From Octopus vulgaris (taxonomy: Eukaryota), in NCBI GenBank assembly GCA_951406725.2, contig OX597818.1, positions 97,650,001 through 97,714,000 of the forward strand: a DNA stretch of 64,000 nucleotides, read 5' to 3'. Below are positions 1-13,611 of this stretch, piece after piece. Made by a program: the position numbers and the translations under genes. How positions within the stretch are numbered: the first letter of the stretch is position 1; every line of letters starts with the position of its first letter. A model generated the notes under the pieces. That model searched no databases and was not told the DNA's origin. It worked only from the letters and a program-made list of their open reading frames with translations.

Positions 1-769
1 GTCCAGCTGTGGGGAATTCATATGCCATAGAAACTGGGAAACCGGGCCCATGAGCCTGGCTAGGCTTGAAAAGAGCACATACACACATATATGTATATAT
101 TTTTTTATGTGAGAGAGAGAGAGAGAGAGCTCTATAAATTGAGGCTAAGTTCAAGGTGAACTGATTTTGGGATCAACTTCTGACCCCTGGTTTAATCATT
201 TCACTACATCCAGACCAGGTATGGGCAACCTTTTCTGAGAAGTTGATTGCATGAGACATGGTTTATTATCAAGCATGCTGCAATACTAAAAAAATTCTAA
301 TGAATTTCATTTTCCTTGTTAAATTATGTGTATTGTTCAGAAAACCCTTCTGATCTACACTTAGCCAATAATCCCTCCATAATCAATTTAATGACATGTT
401 TGTTCATTTAACATTTGTTTTTTTTCTTCCTTTCCATGCTAGTATGGGATGTGTAGGGGCGTATTTGTGATAAGATTTTATTCCTGGATACCCTTCCTGG
501 TGTTAATCTTAACTTGTTTATTCCTGGATGCCTCCCTGTTCTAATCCTATCTTGTTTATTCCTGGCAGAATTGTTAGTACGCTGGACGAAATGCTTAGAG
601 GTATTTTTCCCATTCTTACATTCCGAGTTCAAATTCACCGAGGTCAACTTTGCCTGTCATCCTTTTGGGGTCAATAAATTAAGTACCAGTTGAGTACTGG
701 GGTCGATGTGATTGAGTGTTCCCTCCTGCAAATTTCAGGCTTTGCGCTATGGTAGAAAGGATTATTATT

Positions 770-1180
770 AGGCGTAGGAGTGGCTGTGTTGTAAGTAGCT
801 TGCTTACGAACCATATGTTTCCAGGTTCAGTCCCACTGTGTGGCACCTTGGGCAGGTGTCTTCTACTATAACCTCAGGCTGACCAAAGCCTTGTGAGTGG
901 ATTTGGTAGATGGAAACTGAAAGAAGCCCATCATATATATATATATACATATGTATGTGTGTATATATGTTTGTATGTCTGTGTTTGTCCCCCCCAACAT
1001 CACTTGACAACCTATGCTGGTGTGTTTACGTTCCCATAACTTAGTGGTTCGGCAAAAGACACAGATAGAATAAGTACTAGGCTTACAAAGACTAAGTCCT
1101 GGGGTCGATTTGCTCGACTAAAGGCAGTGCTCCAGCATGGCCACAGTCACATGACTGAAACAAGTAAAAGAGTAAAGAGT
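770..1180 (+). mobile_element. tRNA-type SINE family A (CORE-like; internal TA/TG microsatellite)
   Basis: Head GGCGTAGGAGTGGCTGTG..GGTTCAGTCCC, CORE-like CACCTTGGGCAAGTGTC, tail GACTGAAACAAGTAAAAGAG. More than 10 related copies in the window. Confidence 0.85.
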
Positions 1181-1630
1181 ATTACTAATTTGTAAGGCAT
1201 TAAGCAGGTAGGATCACTTGTGCATCAATCAAAATGCCATGAAGAATTTCTTTTAACTTTTTCTGTTCTGATTTCAAATCCCACAGAAGCCAACTTTGCC
1301 ATTCATCCTTTTGTGGTCAATACAATAAAGTACAAGTCAAGTACTAAGGTCAATGGTATCAAGTAAACCCTTCCCTTCAAAAATTTCTGGTTTTGTACCA
1401 AAATCATAAACTATTAATATTATTGTCACGTCAAGGGGGCAAGCTGGCAGAATTGTTAGAGAGTTGGAAAATATCATGTGATATTTGTTTTGGCTCAACG
1501 ATTTTGAGTTCAAATCCCACCAAGGTCAACTTAGCCATTCTGCCATCTGGGGGGTCAATAAAATAAAATACCAGTCAAGCACTGAGGTCAATAAAATCAA
1601 CTGCTCCTCTCCCCTTAACCTCCAGGTTTT

Positions 1631-2020
1631 GGTTTTGGAAGCACTCCGTCGGTTACGACGACGAGGGTTCCGGTTGAACCGATCAACGGAACAGCCTGCT
1701 CGTGAAATTAACGTGTAAGTAGCTGAGCACTCCACAGACGCGTGTACCCTTAACGTAGTTCTCGGGGATATTCAGCGTGACACAGAGAGTGATAAGGCCA
1801 GCCCTTTGAAATACAGGTACAACAGAAACAGGAAGTAAGAGTGAGAGAAAGTTGTGGTGAAAAAGTACAGCAGGGATCACCACCACCCCCTGCCGGAGCC
1901 TCGTGGAGCTTTAGGTGTTTTCGCTCAATAAACACTCACAATGCCCGGTCTGGGAATCGAAACCGCGATCCTATGACCACGAGTCCACTGCCCTAACCAC
2001 TGGGCCATTGCGCCTCCACT
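1631..2020 (-). mobile_element. Young tRNA-type SINE family B with 11-bp TSD
   Basis: Head GTGGAGGCGCAATGGCCCAGTGGTTAGG..GTTTCGATTCCC on minus. TSD CTCCAGGTTTT at 1620-1630 and 2021-2031. It interrupts one unit of a ~180-bp tandem duplication (1463-2220). Confidence 0.85.
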
Positions 2021-2441
2021 CTCCAGGTTTTATGCCTATGTTGGAAAATATCATGTGATATTTGTTTTGGCTCAACGATTTTGAGTTCAAATTCCACCAA
2101 GGTCAACTTAGCCATTCAGCCATCTGAGGTCAATAAAATAAAATACCAGTCAAGCACTGAGGTCAATAAAATCAACTGCTTCTCTCCCCTTAAACTCCAG
2201 GTTTTATGCCTATGTTGGAAATAATAGTTGCCGCATAAATGTAAATAATTATAAAATTCCAGATAAAAATGTTTTACAGTATTTTTGTCCGTCCATTAAT
2301 TGACCAGTACTTAGTTTAATAAAAAAAAAGTATCAGTAATATACTGGGGTTAATTCAACTGATTGTTCCCCTTCTCTCTGAGATTCAACCTTGTGCTTTG
2401 TTAAAATGAAATCATTCTCAGCAAAACTAAGTTCTGGAAGC

Positions 2442-2508
<67 letters not shown>

Positions 2509-3192
2509 GTGTCTGTGTGTGTACATAACTGGGCTCTTTGCCGACGAGTTTCCTCCCCGAAAACATTCCCATCAGCCTTCATCTCTTTAATTCAGCTTTT
2601 CCTTGTTACCACTTATTATTTACTTACTCAGAACCATTTCCCTTGATGTCCATCCCTCATCTTTAATACTGTCCTCTCCATCTACATTTTACATTGATTT
2701 CCTCCCCCTCCCCCAACTCCTGATCCACTAAATCATTTCACCATCTCTCACTCTCCCTATGCTGTATGCCTACCCCTTTCCTCCCTCCCACATGCTCTTG
2801 CAGCCTACCCAATCACTTCTTATTTTTCATCCTTCTTACTCTGCTACACTTTATCTCATGCATCACTCACTGGTTACTCCTCTATCCTCATTCACCACCC
2901 CTCAACCCTATCCATTCTCTACAGTTGTCACCTACTCTTCCCTATCTCCCCTACTTATCATCTACTCAACACTTGATTATTCATTGATTGTATTCACCTT
3001 GCCTCACCATCCACCACCTCACTCTCTCATACACTCTTGCACCCTCAGCCCACACACATTTCCAATTCTTTCCGTTCCCTCAAACTTCTACTCACCTCAT
3101 ACCTTGAAGGTCCCCACATGCATCTCAGCACCACTACTGTCATCTCTTCCCAATTCCACCCTGATCACCCCAGCTGCCACTCTCTTCCAAAC

Positions 3193-4104
3193 TGTAAGAA
3201 GCATGTAGCTCGTCTACAGCAAGAAACCCGTTCTGCTTTGGCCCTTTCTCTCATAATTTAACCCATTATCTCCATCTCTCAGCATATTACTGTTTCATTT
3301 GTAGTCTGTGAAAATTATTAACCAGCCAAATTGAGTTTTAAAACAATGGATAATATCAGAGTGTCATAAATACGTAACTCAGGAAGACATGAGATGAAGT
3401 ACTGAGGACAACTTCAGGATGCTGAACCTTTCATGTGAGATGACAAAGGACTATGATACTTGGTGCCTTGCTGTCATCATCATTATCATCATCATCGTTT
3501 AACGTCCATTTTCCATGCTAGCATGGGTTAGACGGTTCAACCGGGATCTGGGAAGCCAGAAGGCTGCACCAGGCTCAAGTCTGATCTGGCAGTGTTTCTA
3601 CAGCTCGATGCCCTTCCTAACGCCAACCACTCCGTGAGTGTAGTGGGTGTAAGAAGCATGTAGCTCGTCTACAGCAAGAAACCCCGTTCTGCTTTGGCCC
3701 TTTCTCTCATAATTTAACCCATTATCTCCATCTCTCAGCATATTACTGTTTCATTTGTAGTCTGTGAAAATTATTAACCAGCCAAATTGAGTTTTAAAAC
3801 AATGGATAATATCAGAGTGTCATAAATACGTAACTCAGGAAGACATGAGATGAAGTACTGAGGACAACTTCAGGATGCTGAACCTTTCATGTGAGATGAC
3901 AAAGGACTATGATACTTGGTGCCTTGCTGTCATCATCATTATCATCATCATCGTTTAACATCCATTTTCCATGCTAGCATGGGTTAGACAGTTCAACCGG
4001 GATCTGGGAAACCAGAAGGCTGCACCAGACTCAAGTCTGATCTGGCAGTGTTTCTACAGCTCAATGCCCTTCCTAACGCCAACCACTCCGTGAGTGTAGT
4101 GGGT
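3193..4104. repeat. Tandem duplication, two units of ~455 bp (3193-3647, 3648-4104)
   Basis: Direct comparison shows one 1-bp indel and five substitutions. Confidence 0.93.
3380..3473 (+). mobile_element. RTE-like LINE 3' coding relic (duplicated at ~3836-3929)
   Basis: Degenerate translation RKT*DEVL..FRMLNLSCEMTKDYDTWCLAV resembles the RTE ORF C-terminus (RKTW.EV...DL..L.L...M..DR..WR..V). Confidence 0.45.
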
Positions 4105-4826
4105 GATTTCTATGTGCCACCAGCACAGGTGCCAGGCGAGGCTGGCAACGGCCACGATCGGATTGGTGCTTTTTACATGCCACTGGCACGGAAGCCAGTC
4201 AAGGCGGCGCTAGCATCGGCCACGTTCGGATGGTGCTTTTTATGTGAACCCATGCTCTGCAGTAGAAGTGTTAAGATTGATCCTTCTGGTGGTGCAAAGC
4301 ACTTATGGTGATGTCACATAAAAGTGCCTGTGGCACTATGTAATAACACTTCTGTGTTGTCACATAAAAGCGCCCCTATAGTGCCACGTAAAAAGCATCC
4401 TTGTGGAACTATGTAAAAGCGCCTGTGCGGTGCAACTCTGTAAAGTTGTTGGTGTTAGGAAGTGCATCCAGCTGTAGAAACCATGCCAAATCAGACTGGA
4501 GTCTGGTGCAGTCCTTCAGCATACCAGCCCTAATCAAACCCTCCAACTCATGCCAGCACGGGCAACAGATGTTAAATGATGGTGATGAAGTTTATGAATA
4601 TTTTAAGCCGGACCCTTTTTGTATTTTTAAGTACATGCCAGTGGCACGTAAAATGCAGCCACTACACTCATGGAGTGGTTGGTGTTAGGAAGGGCATCCA
4701 GCTGTAGAAACACTGCCAGATCAGACTGGAGCCTGGTGCAACCTCCTGGCTTCCCAGACCCTGGTTGAACCGTCCAACCCATGCTAGCATGGAAAATGGA
4801 CGTTTAACAATGATGATGATGATGAT
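3931..4826. mobile_element. Cluster of SINE family E pieces with (GAT)n tails, in both orientations
   Basis: GGAAGGGCATCCAGCTGTAGAAAC..CCAACCCATGCTAGCATGGAAAA..(GAT)n. Minus copy 3931-4250, plus copies ~4300-4590 and 4632-4826, another minus copy 3476-3650. Confidence 0.75.
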
Positions 4827-5139
4827 AACAAAATTAGATCCTTCCTGAAATATCAAAATGTTCATCTCACCTTGCACAAGCATTATCAATTTCATTACCT
4901 TTGACAATGAAGACCATCACAAAGTCTCCTTGAATCATAATGTTAAACACTTTTTTCCTTTTTAATCTCAATTATACAAATATAATTTAAACTCAGGCAG
5001 GACTGTAAGGGAAGACTTCTACAGTCGTGGCCAAGAGTTTGGAACATATTTCAGTATACATAATGTACAAGCTTCTATTCATTAAAACAAAACAATTTGG
5101 TCTAGAATTATATTTTTGATTTTGCCTATTTTTTCTTCT

Positions 5140-5472
5140 GGAAGAGTGGTTATGTGGTAAGTAGCTTGCTTATGAAGTACATGGTTCCTGGTGCAGCCCC
5201 ACTGCATGGCACCTTGGGCAAGTGTCTTCTACTATAGCCTTGGGCCAACCAAAGCCTTGTGAGCGAGATTTGGTAGATGGAAACTGAAAGAAGCCCGTCA
5301 TATATATATATAAGCAGTATCGCCCGGCGTTGCTCAGGTTTGTAAGGAAATAACTATAAAGCATCTTACACACAGAAACACGCACAGACAAACTGCCGTT
5401 TATATATAGAGAGATATGTGTGTGTGTGTGTCTATGTGTGTGTGTGTGTGTATGTGTGTATGTGTGTATATA

Positions 5473-5505
<33 letters not shown>

Positions 5506-5542
5506 ATGTGTGTGTGTATATGTATATGTGTGTGTGTGTATA

Positions 5543-5573
<31 letters not shown>

Positions 5574-5820
5574 ATGTGTGTGTGTATAAATGTATGTTTG
5601 TGTGTCTGTGTTTGTCCCCTACAACATCGCTTGACAACTGATGCTGGTGTGTTTACGTCCCTGTAACTTAGTGGTTCGGCAAAAGAGACTGATAGACTAA
5701 GTACTAGGCTTACAAAGAATAAGTCCTGGGGGTCGATGTACTCAACTAAAGGTGGTGCTCCAGCATGGCCACAGTCAAATGACTGAAACAAGTAAAAGAG
5801 TAAGAGAGAGTAAAGAGAAT
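5140..5820 (+). mobile_element. SINE family A with expanded internal microsatellite
   Basis: Same head, core and tail as 770-1180. Confidence 0.85.
5311..5415 (-). mobile_element. Miniature non-autonomous Helitron-like element inside the SINE microsatellite
   Basis: Minus strand: 5' TCTCTCTATATATAAACGGCAGTTTGTCTGTG, 3' hairpin CCTGAGCAACGCCGGGCGATACTGCT. The 3' end matches 34250-34266. Confidence 0.55.
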
Positions 5821-6355
5821 ACTGACCCATTGCATCAGTTATTAGGTATGTATATCTCTATGTTGTACATATATATGAATCAAATTGTACTTGGGCATAG
5901 TAATTTTGATTTTTAAAAAGTGTTTCAAACTTTTGGCCATGACTGGACTTTACAATCACAATGCTGGATTGAGTCTCACTATGAAACACATTGGGCAAGT
6001 GCCTTCTGCTATGGTCACAAATTGACCAATGCCTTGTGAGTGAATACAGTAGCTAGAAACAGTACAGGAACCTGTTGTATGTGTGCGTGTGTTTGTGTTG
6101 AGTCTTTGTTTGTCCCCACCACTGCTTGACAACCAGTGTTGGTTTATACACACACCATAACATGGAAAATGGACGTTAAACTATGATGATGATAAAACTA
6201 CCAGATTTAAACTTTTCAAGAAGGTGCTCCAGTATGGCTGCAGTCCACTGACTGAAACTTGTAAAAAAATTTTAACTCAGAATAAATTATTGTTCTTTGA
6301 ACCACTTCCTATAAAGTCTCCTATTAGTCATGGTCTTTAAATAATAATAATAAAT

Positions 6356-6866
6356 AAATGTGCCCCTTTTTTAAAGCCTAACCAGGCTCATGGGCCCAGT
6401 TTCCCGGTTTCTATGGTGTATGTGTTCCCCAGCTGGTCGGGACGCCAGTCCATTGCAGCGTTACTCATTTTTGCTAGCTGTTGAACTGGAGCAACGTGAA
6501 ATGAAGTATTTTGCTCAAGAACACAACACGTCACCCGGTCCAGGAATCAAAACCACAATCTTACGATCATGGTGCTGACACCCTAACCACTAAGCCACGC
6601 ACCTCCACTAAATAAATGCACCCTTTTAAAGCCTAGCCAAGCTCATGGGCCCGGTTTTCCGGTTTCTATGGCGTATGTGTTCCCCAGCTGGACAGGACGC
6701 CAGTCCATCGCAGTGTTACTCATTTTTGCCAGCTGAGTGAACTGGAGCAATGTGAAATGAAGTGTTTTGCTCAAGAACACAATGCGTCACCCAGTCCAGG
6801 AATTGAAACCACAATCTTACAATAATGGTGCTGACACTCTAACCACTAAGCCACACGCCTCTACTA
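6356..6866 (-). mobile_element. Head-to-tail dimer of a CORE-like tRNA SINE (family C head)
   Basis: Two ~255-bp units with head GTGGAGGTGCGTGGCTTAGTGGTTAG and core TGTGTTCTTGAGCAAAACACTTCATTTCAC. The tail matches positions 1-75 of the window. Confidence 0.82.
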
Positions 6867-7766
6867 TGGTCTTTAGTTACTCTTTATTTTCTTTCTAAAT
6901 AAATATTTTTGAACTCTTGTCTGGAGCTAACAGCACTTCTGTTCATAGTCTGACACCAAACATTCTGCGAATAGTAACTTTCAAACACAATGCAATGATA
7001 GTAAAAAAACAAAACAAAGAAAAAAAAACCCAAAACAAACCATAAGAAGAAAGAATATTCTGGAAAGGTTCTGAGAAAGATTATTAGTATTGTGAGATAG
7101 GAATGCTTAATGTGGATCCCTATTTTTGTGGATATGAAAGTAAGATATACATGCTGTTGAATGCAAGGAAAGAAAAATGACATAACAAGGTTGAAAAAAG
7201 GAAGAAAAGAGTGATGCAACAGTTGTTATTATTATTATTATTATGTTCCTTAAGTGCCGGATGAGTACTGGGGTCCCCCTCCCCACAAAATTCAGGCCTT
7301 GTGCCTATAGTAGAAAGGATTATTATTATTAAATTCTGCTGCTGAGGTTGACTTTACCTTTCATCCTTTGAAGTGTGATAAATAAAGTACGAGTTGAGTA
7401 CTGGGGTCAATGTGATCAACAATGTGTCCCCCTCCACACAAAATTCAGGCCTTGTGCCTATAGTAGAAAGGTCAATAAATTAAATACCATTTGAGTACTG
7501 GGGTTGATGTAATTAGCTTACTGCCTCCACCAAAGTTTCAGGCCTTGTGCCTTTAGTAGAAAGGATTATTATTATCATTTTATTTATTTTTTCTTGGTAG
7601 AAGATCTGAAAATTTTGGTTTCAAATTTTGGTAAATGACCAACAATGTTGGGGCAGGTAAGTTGATTAAATCGAACCCAGTGCTCAACAGGTACTTATTT
7701 TATCGACTTTCAAAGGATGAAAGGCAAAGTCAATCTGGGTGGAATTTAAATTCAGAATGTAAAGAT

Positions 7767-8435
<669 letters not shown>

Positions 8436-9783
8436 TATTGTACTCTACCAAATGTATTGAGTAATCCTTCATTTTAATGCAAAAAATTGTTTACATTGTA
8501 ACATTTATGTATGTATGTCTAACATTAATGACAAGAGAAGATTTACGTTATGAAATTCAATAGCTTACAGCTGTTTCTGCCACAAGATGCAATGCACTCA
8601 GAGTTGTGTACTTGTGCATCACCTTACAGCTTCATTGGAACTTTTATTTAATTTCATATTATGCTCTGTCCTCACCTAACACCTTATTCCGAAGCATGTG
8701 TATACTGAGTTCTAATACCAGGTTAGTAATATGGCTATGCCTAACAGAAATCTTAACACACACGTTATATTTAAATATATATATATATTTATATATATAT
8801 GTATATAGGCACTTCTTCAATATTGATCTGAGTGTCGGTGTGAGGAGATAACGTCACTCTCTTTTTCAGTCTAGCTTCTTTATGTATGTCATGCGGGAAG
8901 GTAGTGAGGGAATGACGTCGTGTACCAATACCGAAGGATTGCCTGTTATACGCACATACAATTACATATAAATGTATATATGAGAGATTTTCGGTTCGAA
9001 AGAATACTCCTCACTGTGTGTGTGAGAGAGAGAGAGAGAGAGTATTACATGTAATTCAGAAAACGTTAATGGGAGTATGACTTATTCCCCTTACACAAAC
9101 ACATAATTAATCTTCGGTTATTAGTTATCATTCTTTTGTTCGTAAGAAGAGTGCGAGACAGCAATAACTGTATTTAAATATCGCTAATTAACATGACAAG
9201 TGTAATAATGTTTATTAAAGCTATATATCAGTAGAATTTGTATTGCGAATTCAAAGCATTTAAAACTGGAGTCTTCCCGTTACATGGGATTCTAGTCTCA
9301 TATGAAGGTGTCTATTGTAATATTGAGAGATACGTGGAGCCAAGCCAAAACAATAAAACCTTTCACACCTGTAGACTCTGGAATAGTTATGTCTACAATA
9401 ATTCCGTGTTCCTACGGTAAATGATCTAATAATATCTAGTTAAAATTCACGGTATGTGAAGTTTTAGACATTAACATCAGACTTAGTAGAAGCATATTCG
9501 TAACCGACGTTTATAATTTAGTGATAAAAAAAACAAATTTGTAAGATAACATATACGAGATTATGACAATTGAATGTTTGATATATATTTTTTATCAGCC
9601 TTCCGTTTATGTACCTGCATAAATAGTCGAACAGATAAAGAATACTGTGCTAAGGGTCTGTGTATTTGATTTTCCCGCCGTGGGTTTTCCCATTTGAAAA
9701 ACAAATCAGTCATACAGCTCTACTTGGATATGAAATGTTCTATAATTTATTCTATTCGAAAACTCAATCCCGGATGAAAACGA

Positions 9784-9814
<31 letters not shown>

Positions 9815-9903
9815 GTATTTTATAATGGTGGGACATAGTTTACTCGTAATTTACAAAATACTCGTCCTTAAAAAATGTGCCACTTTCAGTCCTGATTATT
9901 TGT

Positions 9904-9942
<39 letters not shown>

Positions 9943-11039
9943 GAAATGAGGTACTCAGAAATTCAGATGGTTTTATATTTACAGATATTTATTTGTATAT
10001 TACATGTTTTTATACATCATATAACTTAGATCATGTATTAGCGCTTTCTCCCATTCTAGTGGGGTTTTCATATATATATAGGCACATTCTTTGATCGAAA
10101 GACTCGACTCTTTAAAAAGAAATATCGAAACAGTGCTTAGACCTAAAACAAATATAGAGATTGGTTTTAAAAATTAAATCTATGCCTTTATTACTAATAC
10201 TAAATACAGTAACGTTATATACTGTTAGCTGTGGTATGTAAATGTGTTGGGATTTTATTTAAGAGACGTCCAAAAGTTTGGATTTTCTCAAGGCAAGAAA
10301 TAAACTATGTTAAAAGTTCTCAAATAACTCCAAACAAGCTATCCATTAGTGGGCAGTTCATAGTGTATCCCAAGTGAATAAGATACGAAATTTTAAACAA
10401 ATGAATAACTTTTAAAAGTTTTCTCATTGATCAACAAGTTTTAATTGGTCGTCGTAGTTTTTTAAACCAACAAACAAAAAAAAATGCTTTAAAAGAACAA
10501 AACAAGGACTAAAAGTTAATCGTTTAAGTTGGAAAATCAGTCACTTAGTCTACGAAACATGCTGCATGCATTATTAGAACGGATTACACTTTACCATTTA
10601 TCATGGGAACCAAGTCTTAAAACTGTATTGTGTTATTGTTTTTTTATGTTAACCATCATCTGTATTTTTTTTTGTATGTATAAAGCTGTTTTGTTTGTTT
10701 GTTTTTTCGTTCTTATATGACTAGAAGACAGTCAGCAACTTTGTTATGACACTGATGTAAACTTTGATAGCGACTGGATGAAGTTATTTAAGGAGGGATA
10801 AAATTTCAGAGGCTGGTATCTAAACGGTGTCAGGGGAAATTCGTGAGACAGGTCAGATATATTCCGAGCACCTGCTGCTCACTAGTTCCCCATTGAGTTT
10901 CTTTTCGCTGCCGTTAAACTTTTCGACCAACCTATTAACTCGATCGACGAGTCTAAGAAAACCCTTTTACGTAGACTTTCGACCTGGTAGAAATAACATT
11001 CAAATTTTTCTCTCTCTCTCTCCCTCCCCCTCTCTCTCT

Positions 11040-11090
<51 letters not shown>

Positions 11091-11216
11091 TATGGTTGAT
11101 ACAGGAAAAGTAGAACTAAAAATATAATTATATGCATATTCTTATTAATATTTAGGAGAAGCAACAGAGTGACTCAAGGGCCGAGAGTGTCGTGTGTTGG
11201 TAAGTGCTAACGTACG

Positions 11217-11256
<40 letters not shown>

Positions 11257-11794
11257 TCTCCCAATATATATAGTCCTGAATGCTATCTTTGGAAAAAGGC
11301 AGGAATACTTTTGGTCATAAGCTTGCTCTACCAGTGTCGACCTGAGGATATGCAGCCACACTTTCTGAGCTAACGTAATATTTTCATGGTCTCCCGACAT
11401 GCTAGAAATAGCAGCTTAATTTACAAGAAACAGACACGTTGGATAATGTGGTCCTGGACTCTCTACATATAGGAGAACACAGAGTGGTCACGCTTGGGAC
11501 GTCTTCGATCATCAGTTTACATGATCAGAGCTGATCAAGACTGAACCATTATGATTTGTAAGTTAAGCCAACAGTTGTGAGAGGGAGAGATTAATGGATC
11601 TTATTGACTCCAGTATGTGACTGGTACTTTATTTTATCGACCCAGAAAGGATGAAAGGGGTAGTTGACATTGGCAGGATTTAAACTCAGAATATATAAGA
11701 TGCGAAAGAAATATGAAGCATTTTCCCCGACGTTCTAACAATTCTGCCATCATGCTGCCTTCTGCTACAATAACATTATCATCAACAACAACAA

Positions 11795-12960
11795 CCTGGG
11801 TTCCCTGTGTATAGGGGGAAGAAAAGGTGGGGATGGGGAGCCATTAGTGCTTGTCCCCACCTAGACTCAAGCGTTTAGGTTAGATTTGGGGGCGAGCGCC
11901 ATTTCAACGGATTGGTGCATTCACTATTTGTCGGTATATTCCCGAGTCTTCCCGGGCGACCCGTCGAACAGAGTCCCTGTCACTCCTCCACACCGCGAGA
12001 TGCCTCCTCACCTTCCGTGACTACGTGTCATGTGGTCACCAACACTAGCATAGCTAGAGGGGATCAGAGGGGGCGGTCTTCCCCAGAGAGCATTTTTATG
12101 AGGTTCTGCTGTAGGCTCTCAGCCTGTATAGGCTGTATTGAAATCAAATAATGGTTTTAATGTCGGGACAAGGACACTACTCACAGTTAAGTGCAACAAT
12201 CAACAAAGTCATTGTGCAATATATATTTTTTGTGGAGGGCCCCGGGGGCACACGAGCTACACCACTTACCAACACGTGTCGTCAACCCAGCCGGATCCTC
12301 AGTGAGAAGAACACGGAACACGGTGAGCAGGGTTTAACTCAGAAAATCGAGCAACATGGTCAGTCTGAGCTGATATTCCCGAATCATACAAGTAACAGGA
12401 AGCAATCTAGTTTTTAAGCAAAGTCGTTGGTTGGATACGAAATCCGACTAACGGTAAGCCATAATCTTTCGAAGTATCCTGGTACCGAAGGAGTTCAGGC
12501 GGCTCCTAAGGGCTCCGGGTAGTATCCAAGTCCCACAGCTATGCAGTAGGACAGGGAGAACAGGAGACATAAAGACCCAAACCATTTTATTCCTGAACAG
12601 ATATCGGCAGCGCCAAATACCCCTGCTTAATGAGTCCTCAACTGCACCAGCTCATACGAGTCTTTTTAGGACTTCAGACTCACTGCTAATGCCATTATGA
12701 ATCTCACTGCCGAGATAAGTGAAGCGGTCAACAACTTCGACATTCTCAACCGCAAGGTGGAGTCTTCCAAGAAGCCAACGATGGATTGGAGCTTTGTCTT
12801 GACGCAAAAATCTCCAAGGCCATGAGGTTCCGCTTCCTCACTCTTTAAGAGCGCTCTTTAAGGCATCCTGAAACTCAGAAAGAATAACGGCGTCATTAGC
12901 AACATCTTGGTCAGTAATCCTAGTTTCCCGAACGAGTGCACCGACTGCTATAAGTTAAGC
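11795..12960 (+). mobile_element. Unclassified degenerate GC-richer insertion, possibly the 5' UTR/ORF1 part of a LINE
   Basis: Higher GC than flanks, follows (CAA)n, broken coding-like stretches (e.g. FRLTANAIMNLTAEISEAVNNFDILNRKV). No diagnostic motif recognised. Confidence 0.3.
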
Positions 12961-13214
12961 ACTAATAGTTTGTAATTCAGGGTTACTCTTTACCATCATC
13001 TGCAGTACTTGGCTGGTGCTTTATGTTATCAACCTCGAAAGGAAGAAAAGCAATGTTGACTCCCGGAATTTGAAAACATAGCATGAAGAGTCACTACTTT
13101 TGCTACAGGACACACACAACCCACTCCCATACATAAATGCTGGTACATTACTTTCAAGGGTTTAGTCGAACAAATTGACCCCATTACTAAAGCCTGGTAC
13201 TTATCGTTCATTCA

Positions 13215-13410
13215 TACTTCTTATTTCCACCCTTTTCCAAAATAACTCCTTATATTGAACTGTACTATTTTCCTCTATGTAACCATCACACATTGTTTCT
13301 GATGAAGGGATATCTCTAATATATCCAAAACAGCTGTAAGACTATCTTTCTCTTTATAAATGTCCTGAAAATTCCATACAGCCTTGGCGTTGTTGTCTCA
13401 TTTTATTTAA
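13215..13410 (+). mobile_element. Penelope-type terminal fragment with degenerate minimal hammerhead (13295-13342)
   Basis: CTGATGA-AG-GGATAT/ATATCC stem-AAAA (G12A)-CAGCTGT-A, with palindromic stem III ACAGCTGT. Confidence 0.5.
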
Positions 13411-13559
13411 CATATACATGCTCACACAAGACCCGCATTAGACCCCTTACTCGTATTATTATCGAACCGAGAGTTTACGGTTCTTCCATAGCACTTACAT
13501 AGCCTTAACTGCCACACTGGGTCTTCTGGATACCAATACCTCTCATATATATATGTATG

Positions 13560-13609
<50 letters not shown>

Positions 13610-13611
<2 letters not shown>

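Larger units (their letters stand above)
5022..5945. mobile_element. Non-autonomous Tc1-like element carrying nested insertions
   Basis: 25-bp TIRs CAGTCGTGGCCAAGAGTTTGGAACA (5022-5046) and reverse complement of 5921-5945 CAGTCATGGCCAAAAGTTTGAAACA. TA on the left flank. Confidence 0.7.

Noticed and set aside
470-566. ~40-bp unit repeated about 2.5 times (TTTATTCCTGGA)
   Set aside because: Short degenerate minisatellite at a SINE edge, with no sign of function.
2570-3210. 149-aa ORF in a C/T-rich tract
   Set aside because: Low-complexity pyrimidine-rich sequence with no recognisable domain. Probably old repeat-derived DNA.
6884-7010. Possible exon of the neighbouring gene
   Set aside because: Candidate splice phases on the minus strand run into stops quickly, and no homology was recognisable on either strand.
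10825-10900. GCACCTGC E-box with COE-like and Su(H)-like sites
   Set aside because: Only one good motif, the others are mismatched, and it lies over 40 kb from NSCL. Not distinguishable from chance.
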